The translations under genes and the position numbers were made by a program. From Rotaria socialis (taxonomy: Eukaryota): a stretch of DNA of 40,101 bases. Shown here in pieces: positions 1 through 11,432 of the stretch (position 1 is the stretch's first letter; each line of letters opens with the position of its first letter). Under the pieces are notes generated by a model. The model was not told where the DNA came from. It ran no database searches and worked only from the letters and a program-made list of their open reading frames with translations. Location: NCBI GenBank assembly GCA_905331485.1, contig CAJNYT010002341.1:69164-109264 (forward strand), given 5' to 3'.

Positions 1-66
<66 letters not shown>
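1..66. repeat. poly-C homopolymer of 66 nt at the window start
   Basis: Seen in sequence: 66 consecutive C followed by GCAG and normal AT-rich DNA. This is atypical for this genome and is probably a scaffold-end, tailing or assembly artefact. A biological C-tract is less likely. Confidence 0.9.
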
Positions 67-67
<1 letters not shown>

Positions 68-1817
68 CAGAAAGTTAAATAAAAGTGGATTAATTTAGTA
101 GCGAATAGTAAAAACAAAACATGAAAATAAAATAATTTAGCGTAAAATTAAAAATTTCACACAAATCGCCTTTCCACGATGACAACCATACATTGTAGCT
201 TCTACATTTCGATAACAAAATATTTCATTATCTTAACAGACCATAAAAATTGTCGTTTCTATTCGATGCATATTCTGAATATCATGTTCCGATAGGCTGC
301 TTTCTTATAGAAACATGATTAAATAAATATGTTTGTGAAATAATAATAGAACTTGAAAATTGGTGGTGAATCCGATGCTAAACAGACTTCCTGAGTTTCT
401 TTAAACAAAACATCTAAAATATTTCTTCAGCTAGCATACACAAGAGACGAAATTCCTAATTTTACTTTTCATTAATGATGTGCTTTTTCGTTTTGATTAC
501 ATTTTATTTCGTATATTACAAAACTTTAACTGAATACTATTTAAAATAGTTATACGACGAATGATTTATCTTTAATTCAGCACATTTATCAAACTCATCG
601 CTAATACACGTTACACTTTTCATTTCAAATTGGAAAAACAACGTCATCCTTCAAATAGCAGTCATGATACATTGAGTGAAAAATGTATCGATTAGGAGCG
701 ATGCGGCTTATTTCGTGCGTTTTTTTTCTCTTTCAATTAATGTATGTGAGCGGAAGAAAAATGATAAAAAAAAGCAATATTAATATCATTAGTAGTTATT
801 TTAGTTATATGGTTGGCTTCCAACACGTGAGGTACAGGTAAACAGAAAAATAATAAGCGATATTGCATTTTTTTAATTAGAGAAAAATAAAATACTACGT
901 AGTGCTGAAATCAACTGTTATACGACAACAGGTTTGTGTTTCTTCTGTATGATTTGTTAAAATACGAGACTTCTCATTTATCACGTGTAAACGTAAAATT
1001 AGTTAAATGAATAAAGAAATCAATTTCGTTTAAATTCAATATATTACATAGCACGCAAAATTTCAGCAGAATCATCTTTTATTATTTTCAATTCAAAGAT
1101 AATTCCGTTAGATTATATTGATGGTTAAATAATATTTGAAATTTATAGGTAACTTAAGAGTGTATATTGGTTGTAGTAAATAGATTATAAAAAGACTGAG
1201 AGCACATTAAAGAATTCGTACTCATTACTACGCTGTTCGAAGTGTTTCATCGTTGCTTAGAACTGATGAAACGAAATATCGATTTTGAGTTCAAATTTTG
1301 TCAGAAATAGTTTTAGAAAATTCACTCCTGAAATTTTGACTCATCAAAAAAAATTTTAATTCGAACTATTTTCATCGAAATTTGCCTTTTCTGATAGTTT
1401 GATACTTTTAGTCCTTGAGGCATAGTATCTGATTGTATACTATAAATTATCTAATAATCAATTCAGATAAATGTAATATATGTTGTATCGATTTTTTCTG
1501 GCGCAAGATCTAAAACATTTAGGGAGTAACAGTCCGACCGTTTCTCTTCTCAAGCCGTATTTATTAAGTACTTCTCGTTATGATTTATTGCATTTTAGGA
1601 CGGTTGAATAAGAGTAAAAAAATCTTATTTTGATTGCCAATAATAACATTGATATATTTTCGCAATTTGATGTTACAAAGATTGTTCTAATAGTTGCTTT
1701 TACCTATCAGAAAGCGCATATCAATGAAACTTATAATCAGAGGAAAAACGAATATTCGATTTCTAATTAGTTATCGTAATGAAATATATTTTTTCATTTA
1801 TATTACTCTACAGCTGA

Positions 1818-2924
1818 ATGTTTGTAAAAACAACTAACGTAATGACTTCAAGAAAAGTTAATGCCATCACTCGAAAAAATCCTCTGGAGAAACCTTATAG
1901 AACGTTAGTATCAATAATAGAAGACCAAGAAAGCTCCTCTGCCATAAAATTTGCCGCTAAAACAAATATAAATTTATCTCTTATGTCAAACGAACTCAAA
2001 CCACCAGTTCCATATTCTCAATCTGTATCATTTCGATTAAATCCTACTAGTCCTTCACCATCAACGCCAACGCTAGCACCAGCATCAACGCGACCACTAA
2101 CACCAACGCGATCTGTAACACCAACAAAAATGCGACCGCCAACACCAACACGATCTCCAGCATCAACGCGACCGCCAACACCAACGCCAACATCAATACC
2201 AACATCGTTATCAACGATAATAACCGTCGAACCCGCTAATAAAAGTTTCAAAACAGAATTTTATTATAATCCAAAACTTCAAGAAAAAATCAACCGATTC
2301 GAACCAAAATTACATGTAGATCTATCTTATTGTTCTCTTATCGATCAAGACATATCGATGATCGTTAGTCAAATCGTGGTTGCAAAAAAATGTACAGAAC
2401 TTTGGTTATATGGAAATAAGATAACATCAAAGGGTGTATCGATATTAGCAAAAAGTTTAATAAACAATTCAACATTACAAAGTCTTGATCTCTCTTTCAA
2501 TCAAATCTATGATGTTGGTGTGTTTGAATTAACTCAAGCACTCTCAGTAAATCAAAAGTCATCTCTTAGGTTTCTTTATCTCAGTAAAAATGGTATTGCA
2601 AATGATGGAGCAAGTTATTTGTCTGAAATGCTGAAAACAAATCGGAGTTTAAAAGAATTATGGTTATCAAATAATGAAGTTGGTGATGAAGGTGTAAAAA
2701 AGTTAGCTAATGCATTAGCTTATTATGATAAAAAATTGAAATTTTTATCTCTATCAATGAACATATTCATAACAGATTTATGTATTGATAGCCTTATTGA
2801 AATGCTTGAACATAATCAAACATTAAAAGAATTATGGATCGAAGATTGTAATTTAACGGAGCAAGGAAAGAAGAGACTTCAAGAAAAAGTAGATCGAAAG
2901 AAAAATTTTAAAATTTATCTGTAA
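1818..2924 (+). CDS. leucine-rich-repeat protein of the RNI-like (ribonuclease-inhibitor) class with an N-terminal Pro/Thr-rich low-complexity linker
   Basis: The ORF is 368 aa, with ATG at 1818 and TAA at 2922-2924. Residues ~75-130 form a P/T/S-rich repeat (PTSPSPSTPTLAPASTRPLTPTRSVTPTKMRPPTPTRSPASTRPPTPTPTS). The C-terminal ~230 aa contains about 8 tandem 28-aa repeats with LxxLxLxxNxIgdxGxxxLaxaL spacing, typical of RNI-type LRRs. Upstream or downstream exons cannot be excluded. Confidence 0.6.
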   Translation: MFVKTTNVMTSRKVNAITRKNPLEKPYRTLVSIIEDQESSSAIKFAAKTNINLSLMSNELKPPVPYSQSVSFRLNPTSPSPSTPTLAPASTRPLTPTRSVTPTKMRPPTPTRSPASTRPPTPTPTSIPTSLSTIITVEPANKSFKTEFYYNPKLQEKINRFEPKLHVDLSYCSLIDQDISMIVSQIVVAKKCTELWLYGNKITSKGVSILAKSLINNSTLQSLDLSFNQIYDVGVFELTQALSVNQKSSLRFLYLSKNGIANDGASYLSEMLKTNRSLKELWLSNNEVGDEGVKKLANALAYYDKKLKFLSLSMNIFITDLCIDSLIEMLEHNQTLKELWIEDCNLTEQGKKRLQEKVDRKKNFKIYL

Positions 2925-3851
2925 TATTTATTATTAGTGAATAAACTTGATTTCGAAATTTATAAATCTAACCTGCAGAAAATTTTTTTTTCGTCTAGCT
3001 AGCTTTGCTTGATTTAATTTAAATGTTCACGAATTGGTTCGGGCGGAACTAATGAAGTTCGTAGAAAGATTCAGAATTATGGCGAACAAGAGAAAATTGT
3101 TGCCATTTCACTGAAAATGCATTTCCTTTGAAATTTATACCAGTTCTCAGATTTATTCAATTAATCTATCAGGAAACTGGAATCTCAATATCGAATGTAT
3201 TCTCGTGTGAAAAATAATCTTCTTCTGTATTCTACTATAAAAAGTAAATGGCTAAATCCGTTAGTAAAAGATATTAACAATCCAAAGTTATATGGGAGTT
3301 TATTAAAGATCTCATCAAACAGCACTATGAACGTTGAAAATATTTTAATAGTACCCTATTCAATCAGTAAACGATATAATTGAATGACGGATACTCTCTC
3401 AATCATCCACCGAACCGATCCAATAGCGTGAACTACTTTTGTAAGGTTCTGTATACGATTAGTCTTTAAGAAGTTCAAAACGAAAAACAATATATTAGGG
3501 ATTCTACTGAATTTAGTACTATTACTGAATCGACAAGATATCTTTTAAATAATATATGCAGATGAATAGATCGTTTAAAATGACTCTCCTTTTGTTTTGA
3601 TATTATCTCAACAAAATAATTACGATAAAAAACAACACTATGGAAAACTTCTTTCACTCATTCTTGATACAATTAATACCTTTCCACTAAAAACGAAGCG
3701 TCCGATGATCGCACCATATAGTTCTTATCAGTAAGTACCAAAATAGAATAAAATATCTCTAACAATAAAAATTCAAAGCAGAACATTTTTGAAACAGATT
3801 AAGTTAAATAATTCATTATTTGGAGATTTTTCTTTTTGAAATTTAATTACT

Positions 3852-4595
3852 ATGAAAACACAATACGCTTGGTACGTCTATTTCTCGATTGAAACAATTC
3901 TAATGACAATACCATACTATGGTATAAATTTGTATGATTATCTGACGAAATCGAAACCATGGAGACGTGAAATACAAAAACGGAAGCCTCAAGGTATTGA
4001 ATTGAACGAAGCGTCTGTTGTTTTACATACAATAATCCATTTCGTAACGCGTGCTTCTGTATGGTATTTTCATATACATTATAAAACGATGGCAGATATG
4101 AACTCTATTTCGTTGATATTATTTATATTAAAAATGATTTTATTCGATGGTTTAGGTGTCGTATTTCATCAGTTTCAGCATTCGAAATTCGGTCGATTTT
4201 TCAATCATTTAAAACATCATCAATTACGTACGCCAACTTTAGCTAGTTCAGCATTTTCATCTATGGGCGAATTAGTACTCAGCAGTCATGTTGGTTGGAT
4301 ATTAATAGGCTTGGTTCCAGGCTCATTTTGGGATCATTGTTTATTTTTAGTCATATCATCGACAATTAAAAGATTATGCCATAGTAATTATGATCATCCT
4401 TGGGAAAACACGAAATTGTATCGTTTTTTTAAATTAGTTGGATCACGTGAACATCATGTACATCATTTACATCCGAATAAGAATTTTGCAGATTTATTTG
4501 TATTTTGGGATCAATTATTTGGAAATTTTCTGAATCCTGATGATGTAGACGGAATCAATAATTATAATAATACAACGATTCACAAAGCTTCGTAG
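3852..4595 (+). CDS. fatty acid hydroxylase superfamily protein (sterol desaturase / cholesterol 25-hydroxylase-like di-iron membrane enzyme)
   Basis: The ORF is 247 aa and shows the histidine boxes of this family: HQFQH (HxxxH), HLKHH (HxxHH), and HHVHHLHP near the C-terminus followed by FVFWDQLFGNF. Several hydrophobic segments are present. It appears intronless. The true start may lie upstream of the first Met. Confidence 0.6.
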   Translation: MKTQYAWYVYFSIETILMTIPYYGINLYDYLTKSKPWRREIQKRKPQGIELNEASVVLHTIIHFVTRASVWYFHIHYKTMADMNSISLILFILKMILFDGLGVVFHQFQHSKFGRFFNHLKHHQLRTPTLASSAFSSMGELVLSSHVGWILIGLVPGSFWDHCLFLVISSTIKRLCHSNYDHPWENTKLYRFFKLVGSREHHVHHLHPNKNFADLFVFWDQLFGNFLNPDDVDGINNYNNTTIHKAS

Positions 4596-4805
4596 AGATT
4601 TTATTTTCAATATTGTGTTTGACTTTGAACGAACGTGTAATATAATTTTTTTCTATCGAAAGTTGCTCGTATCTTTTTCTACATATACAATTTCATTAAT
4701 TAGGTAGTTTATTTTTGTTCACATTGAATATTACTCGATCTAAAATGAGTATTTTCTTTTCAATGTTATTTGATTATAATTAGAGAAACGCTCATTCAAA
4801 TGAAA

Positions 4806-4986
4806 AATAAATCTAGTGAATGCAATCAGTTGAAAGTAACGCTGGTACGTTTACGTTAATTTAAAATTAACGTTTGCTATAACCGTTAATATTAATGAAT
4901 TAACGCTTTGAGCAAAACTGTTAGCCGTTGATATTAACGGTTAACTCTTTGAGTTAATTAACGGCGTTAATTAACTCGCATTAAAT
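4806..4986. repeat. palindromic cluster of TTAACG / GTTAATTAAC motifs
   Basis: Seen in sequence: taacgctggtacgtttacgttaatttaaaattaacgtttgctataaccgttaatattaatgaattaacgctttgagc...gttaattaacggcgttaattaactcg. It contains repeated TTAACG units and nested short palindromes. The motif style resembles the subterminal repeats of the 36.2-38.5 kb element. Confidence 0.35.
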
Positions 4987-7096
4987 TAAATGGTTCACCT
5001 CTAGTTGAAAGTGTTCATACATTAGGCTAGCTTTTAGCTCAGTATCAATAAAATATTGTGATTCGTTCATTGTATCAAGAGAAACAGACATTGAACTATA
5101 AAATATTCTTAAGAATTACATGATTAGTTTACTATAATGAAATTGTTACCTCCAACTCTTAAGAATATCAATGCTGAATTTCGATTTCGAAAATAACCAT
5201 TTTAAATTCTATATGTTACTTATTCTATCTTAAAACACGTATACAATAAAAGAAGAATTCTGCTAATAATATCAAACGAATGCATTTTCGGTTTTTGCAC
5301 ATGCTAGTACACGGCTTGTCCAAACGTAACGCTGTGACACATTCTTTTGTCGGCCAAATGAGAGCGAAAACTTAATAGACCATTTTGTAGAGAATCAAAT
5401 TCTGCATCGAATGGTGTATTACTCTGCATTTTTGTTTTTAATTTATTGGTTAGAAAATTGAAAATACGATTTTTGACAGCTTTAAAACCCGATTGTTTTT
5501 AAGAAAAAAAGTTCAAATTCACAACCAGCGAAAAAACTGTATCAGAAAGTACGCTTAGATTTGTCTATATCGAAAGAAATTTGTTTTAAGCTTGGTCAGC
5601 GAAGGATCGCGTTATGAGGATAAGCCGTACAAGACTTTGTAGAGTATAGAGATGAGCGCTGATATTCACTTTCTCACTCGCATACTCTTAATTTCGTTTT
5701 AGGAACTTTAATTCAGTGATTTCTAAGTCTCAAATCTGTAGGCTTTTGCTGAACTGAAGTCGAATAAGGAGAATAAACGACGCAGCAAATCATCGAGATG
5801 AATAAAATAATTGTGTTATAATTCATATTGTTTATCAACCGAATTGCTTGATATTCGTTAAGCAATGCAACTTTTATCTTCAATTATGAAATTGATATAA
5901 GCTAGCTGCAACTCTTATGATAGCCTACTATTGCAAGCTTCCTGCGCCACGCCACCTTCTGTTTTGTTTGATTCATTGGTTGAAATAAATACGTCAATCG
6001 TGTTTTTTTTTCTTCCGTATGTTAGTTATTTCACAATATTGTGAGCATGGTGAGAAAGATCCAAAACATGATCTACTGTGCAAAATATAAGAGACGACGG
6101 TGAAAAGAGCCATACACATTACATTGTCGGTTTTTTTCAGCTGGTAAGTATTCAGGAAAGAGAACTGTTAGCCTTTATATGTTGCTGGTAAGCATGACAG
6201 ATGCTTTTGTTTCGAGCGATTACTCATAAACTTGAGCAACATTTATGAAATATAGAAAGTAGCTTTAACAGTAGTGATTGATTGTATCACTCATGTAAAA
6301 CTGCAAACGTTGAACTGAAGCATTAAGGAGCTCCCCTCTCCCTAGAAAAACAAATGTCGGCTTTTTAAAGAAAAACGGAAATAGATTTTCATATTATCGC
6401 AAGTTGCAGCTAGCTCATCTCTTTCCGAAGATTTATAAATCTTTGACAAATCGGCAGATTCCAGTAGACATTCGAAAAGAATTTCTTCATCCATCTACCT
6501 CATTTTTACATCTTATTTTACGTTCTTCTAAAAAAACGAATTCCCATCAACAAAATTGAAACTTCTCGGATCTAATCTAAGATTTATGCCATGCTTTCGT
6601 TTGATTTTAAAGGTGTAATTGAGAGTCAACTTTTTACCGAACATATTTGCTATAATTGATTCATTTGTTGAGAATACTGAGATTTTGCGTTGTCAAGTGG
6701 CTTTTTTTTGCACTATTCTGACATCATTCACAGCACAATAGTCATAGATATGCAGTAGAAATAGGAAATAAATGTCAAAGTTCTTTTCGATAGAAACTTA
6801 CGCACTGTGGCTATAGCTTTAATTGAAAACTGTCGTGAATTCTACGTCTGTTTTAATAACAAAGTTATACTTATCCAACGAAAGGCTAGAAATAAACTAT
6901 ATATTAACTGTAAATCAAGTCTACTTTAACATATCACGGTGAATTTTTTACAATAGGTGATTCTTAATAAGATTACTTATCCTTCGAAATTTCGCCCAAT
7001 TGAATTATCGTCAGCGGTAAAATTGTTGTGAGAATGGAACCGTAAGTGATAATCATATCTACATGTTGTTTTCTAGTATTGAACGTCGATAGTAGC

Positions 7097-8969
7097 ATGT
7101 CTTCTAAGAATTTATCAGCTCAAATGGGCCCTATCTATCGCATTCCACCGTACTATTATTTACACGTATTAGACCAGAATACAAGTGTAACACGATTAGA
7201 AATTGGTCCAAAAAAGTTTTTTAAACAAGATAATGAAACAATAGTATTTGGACCTGACCAAATGATCACGTTAGCACCAAGACACTATTGTGTTGTTGAA
7301 AATCCTGTTGTGAAAAATGAAAATGGCCAAGCGCAATTCGATAAGAATGGCCAAGTGAAATTGTCATATGGTAGTCTTGACGTTCGGCTAGAACAAGATT
7401 ATAAAGAACCATTTCCATTGTATCCTGGCGAAGTTTTAAATCAAGTACGTAGAATAAAATTATTGAAAATATTATTCAATAATATATGTTAATATTGTTC
7501 AAGGCTCCCACACGTTTGAAATATGCCGGCGCTAATTCAGCATTAAGGTTAAAAGCTGTTTTAGACTTTGATGACAACGGAGAGCAACGCAAAGCTGGTG
7601 ATGAATGGCTATTCGAAGGACCAGGTAACTAATTTATTTGAATGACGATATATTTAGTCTATGAATCTATTGTTTCGATTTGTTAGGTACGTATACACCA
7701 CGCAAAGAAGTGTCAGTTGAAGAACATATTTCGGCTACGGTGATTGGTACAAATCAAGCCGTAAAATTGACGGCGAAAAAAGAGCTCATCGATCGTACGG
7801 GGCAGCGTCGTGTAGCAGGCGAAAGCTGGTTAGTAAAACAAGTGGGTGCCTATTTGCCATTGGCTTATGAAATGGTAGTGAGCACTGAAAATGCCTATGT
7901 TGTGACAGATAAAAGAGCTCTGCATTTACGTGCCCTTAAAACATTCATTGATGATTTTGGCCAGACTAGAAACAATGGTGACGAATGGCTAATCACGAAA
8001 GAACAAACTGAAACACATATTTTGAATGTCTACGAACAGCTTGTAGCGATTATTGATATGAAAACACTAAATTCAAGACAATATTGCGTTATTTTAAATC
8101 CATTTTCAGGTAAGAGCGTGTGTGATCATATTAAGATTGAGTCATAATGCTTTCTATTTTGATTTTTGAAGCTGATGGTAAAAATCAATTTGGCAAGAGG
8201 AAACTAGTCGTTGGTGAAAAATCCTTTTTTCTACAACCCAATGAGCAGATGGAGAAAGGAATTCAAGATGTGTTCATTCTATGTGGAGATGAAGGTGTTG
8301 TAGTCAAATGTATCGAATCGTTTCAAGATGAAATAGATAATGTAATCCGTGTACCAGGTAAGAGAAAAGAATTTGATTGAAGTTCCAGTGTAGATAAACT
8401 AGCAATCGCTAGATTCTATCTAGACAAAAGTTGAACGCATCGTATAAATTTATGAATACTGTTTTGAATAAATTTAAGGTGAACAATGGGTAGTGAGAGG
8501 ACCAAGAGAGTATATACCGCCCGTTCAAGTCGAAGTATTACAAAAAAGAAAAGCCATACCTTTGGGTAGGTGAACTACTTGTTAATATTTTGCCTATTTA
8601 GTATATACTTTTCTAGATGAAAACGAAGGTATCTATGTTCGAAACTTGATAACTGGTCGTGTTCGTGCCGTCATTGGTAATCCATATATGTTAACACAAG
8701 ATGAAGAACTATGGGAAAAAGAACTACCAGTTGGAATAGAAGAGTTCCTTCGACGAGATTCTCTGTTTGAAAAATCTACCAGAACAACTGCAACGTCATC
8801 GTCGCAAACGACAAAACGTGAAAAATCTAAAGTAGTCACATATCGAGTTCCGCAAAATCAAGCCGTACAAGTCTATGATTACAAAGCCAAAAGTCCAAGA
8901 ATTATCTTTGGACCAGAATTAGTCATGTTAGGACCAGATGAACATTTTACATATATAAATCTTTCTGGA
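7097..8969 (+). CDS. MVP: major vault protein, N-terminal ~520 aa (repeat domains), in 6 exons
   Basis: Hand-spliced exons are 7097-7444, 7504-7624, 7687-8109, 8172-8357, 8479-8565 and 8617-~8969. Reading-frame phases are consistent across all junctions, with GTACGT, GTAACT, GTAAGA, GTAAGA and GTAGGT donors. The translation is [40 protein letters not shown]...[10 protein letters not shown]...[19 protein letters not shown]...[14 protein letters not shown]...[19 protein letters not shown]...[44 protein letters not shown]...[37 protein letters not shown]. It is colinear with and very similar to vertebrate MVP ([90 protein letters not shown]). The 3' boundary of exon 6 is uncertain, because the ORF reads through to a stop at 9107 encoding a hydrophobic tail. 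Confidence 0.85.
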
Positions 8970-9420
8970 TCTCTTATTGTTTCTTTACTTTCGCTTGTAT
9001 TTCTGTCTATACTTTTGGTCCTGAGACGATTTGTGACTAACAAACGAATTTTCTTTCCGTCTATTTTTGCATTGATATTATGCTTTTTTCTACGCCGTTA
9101 TATTTAATAAACGAAATAGGAATTATTGAATACAAAACATACTACCACTTGATAGTAGCGATTGATTTACCTTTCGGTTATTGAGTATGTAAAGTAAAAT
9201 TGAAAATATGTATGTCGAAAATAGCTTATTCGGCGAAATAAAAGCTCCCTTGAAGACACGAGTAGATGCATCGGTTGACATGAATGTTGATTTTGTCTTA
9301 TATCCTGAGGAATGAGAAAATATTTGTAAGTTTTCGTTGAAACTGAATCATCCTGTATATACTGTTTTCGCTTAAATACTATGACATTCCATGAAAAATT
9401 CTTTGGAAAACTAACAATTA

Positions 9421-10057
9421 GTGCTTCTCGCTTTCATTTCCGCTCTTCTATGCAGAATTTGTTTTACTCGCCCAACAGATACAACAATGAAATCTATCGA
9501 ATATTTTCAATATTTGAGGCTATATGTTTACGTGGGCCATGATAGAATTGAGTTGTATCTCGGCGCAATCACCTTATCGAACTTCAAACTAATGTTGTGT
9601 TGTGGTAAGAAAATCATTTAACACCAGTGCTATACTGTCAGAACAATAATATAAGAGTGAACCGCGATTAGCTCCTCTAAAACATTATCAATTAACTAAC
9701 ACAAAAGATCTCTCTTTAGATGACAATATAAAATGGAATATTTTCTGTTAGCCCGTTATCATTCATATTTGCTTACTCCTATAGTTCTATGTAACATGCT
9801 GGATGTTGACATATTTCGAGTAATTAAAATTTATAAATGGCAGCTTTACAATTCAAATTGTTTAGATTCATGAGAATATATTCAACTGACAGCAATTTAC
9901 TAAGCAGATATCTGAACATCAACTCGTCAAGATAACCCGTGTATAGATTTTCGTCTTGTAAACACGTTGATCATTGATATCATTATACAGGAAGTTAATT
10001 TTGATCAAAAGAATAAATGTTGTTCCTATGGTTAAAATTAACTTTCATGTATCGAAA
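9421..10057 (+). pseudogene. weakly MVP-like, diverged segments downstream of the conserved MVP exons
   Basis: The frame at 9421-9606 translates to ...ICFTRPTDTT...YVGHDRIELYLGAITLSNFKL, followed by a GTAAGA donor. This resembles the MVP segment [28 protein letters not shown] only loosely. The segment ~9990-10057 (FRLVNTLIIDIIIQEVNFDQKNK) weakly resembles ...[22 protein letters not shown]. The frame ends in a stop immediately before the foldback element at 10066. No splice path links these segments in frame, and homology is judged by eye only. Confidence 0.2.
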
Positions 10058-10065
10058 GATATATA

Positions 10066-11273
10066 AAGTGGAGGCCAAAATTTTAAGGCACTTTTTGTAT
10101 TTTATCAATATTGTCGTTGTTGAAGAACAGAAAACGTTTAAAACATAGATCATTAGATGCAGTATTGAACGGGCTACATGTTGGTATAAATAGTTCTGAA
10201 AAACTATTGGCTCTGATAATTAAATATTAATTATTAATTATTATTATTAATTAACAGTTATAGAATAATATTGTCATAATTTTCGGTTTTAAAGTACACA
10301 AGAAGAAAGATCGTTGAAAACTAAACAAAATGATATGTTTTTGTTTTACAACAATCGATCTTAATACAAATTTTTAAGTACTCCTTTAGAAACTAATTAA
10401 TAATATATTAGTAATTAAGAAAATTGAGCTTTAAGGAAAAGTCCCAAAGCTCTGGAAAACACTGAACTTTGCAGAGCAGAGTTTGCTCTATCACACGAGA
10501 ACTAGCACCGTTTTTTACGGTGCAATCTTCAAATTGCACAATGTTTTCAATGTTTATCAGTTATTTCAGCTATGATTCCTAGCTATTTTTCGGCTGGGTT
10601 TTGCTAAACTATTTTCAACATGCTATATCTCTTGGATAGCGCATACTAAAAAATGTCGGTAAGTCTTGTTCGATAGAACAAACTCTGCTCTGCAAAGTTC
10701 AGTGTTTTCCAGAGCTTTGGGACTTTTCCTTAAAGCTCAATTTTCTTCATTACTAATATATTATTAATTAGTTTCTAAAGGAGTACTTAAAAATTTGTAT
10801 TAAGATCGATTGTTGTAAAACAAAAACATATCATTTTGTTTAGTTTTCAACGATCTTTCTTCTTGTGTACTTTAAAACCGAAAATTATGACAATATTATT
10901 CTATAACTGTTAATTAATAATAATAATTAATAATTAATATTTAATTATCAGAGCCAATAGTTTTTCAGAACTATTTATACCAACATGTAGCCCGTTCAAT
11001 ACTGCATCTAATGATCTATGTTTTAAACGTTTTCTGTTCTTCAACAACGACAATATTGATAAAATACAAAAAGTGCCTTAAAATTTTGTCCGCTGGACAA
11101 AATCTGTTACTGTCATAAAAATCGAATCAATTAACAGTTGATGTTTTCGATATAATAGATTTGTGGTTCGTCTCGACAGCTATCGAAATCACTACTTGGA
11201 TGTTGATTAAAAGCGATCTTTGGTGAAGAGAAATGAAAAACAAAAAGTGCCTTAAAATTTTGGCCTCCACTTT
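10066..11273. mobile_element. foldback (long-hairpin) element of ~1.2 kb with near-perfect ~420-bp inverted arms and a ~180-bp loop
   Basis: Seen in sequence: 10066-10490 is the reverse complement of 10671-11088 almost base for base. For example aagtggaggccaaaattttaaggcactttttgtattttatc... pairs with ...gataaaatacaaaaagtgccttaaaattttg. The loop is 10491-10670. The outermost 11 nt (aagtggaggcc / ggcctccactt at 11262-11272) pair across an extra ~150-bp segment (11089-11239). That segment is bounded by a direct duplication of acaaaaagtgccttaaaattttg (11066-11088 and 11240-11262). Flanks read tatataa|...|tataatga, so a TA or TATAA duplication is possible. Confidence 0.85.
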
Positions 11274-11432
11274 ATAATGATCAATTGTTTTAATAAAATT
11301 TGAGTCAAAAATTTATACAAAGACAATTTAAAAATAAATCTATTATTCATAGTCAATAAATATATATTTATTGATGTTCAAAACGTTTTCACAAAAATGA
11401 ATCTTGTTTGAGCATGTTCAATTGCTTTTAAT

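Noticed and set aside
2018-2251. 77-aa minus-strand ORF rich in GVGVG/DRVG
   Set aside because: It is simply the reverse complement of the Pro/Thr-repeat coding segment of the LRR gene on the plus strand. It is a compositional artefact, not a gene.
8970-9107. Hydrophobic C-terminal extension of the MVP exon-6 ORF ([21 protein letters not shown]...)
   Set aside because: It is most likely intronic or untranslated read-through rather than a genuine transmembrane tail. It has no MVP homology and no phase-compatible donor could be placed. It is kept only as context for the MVP truncation finding.
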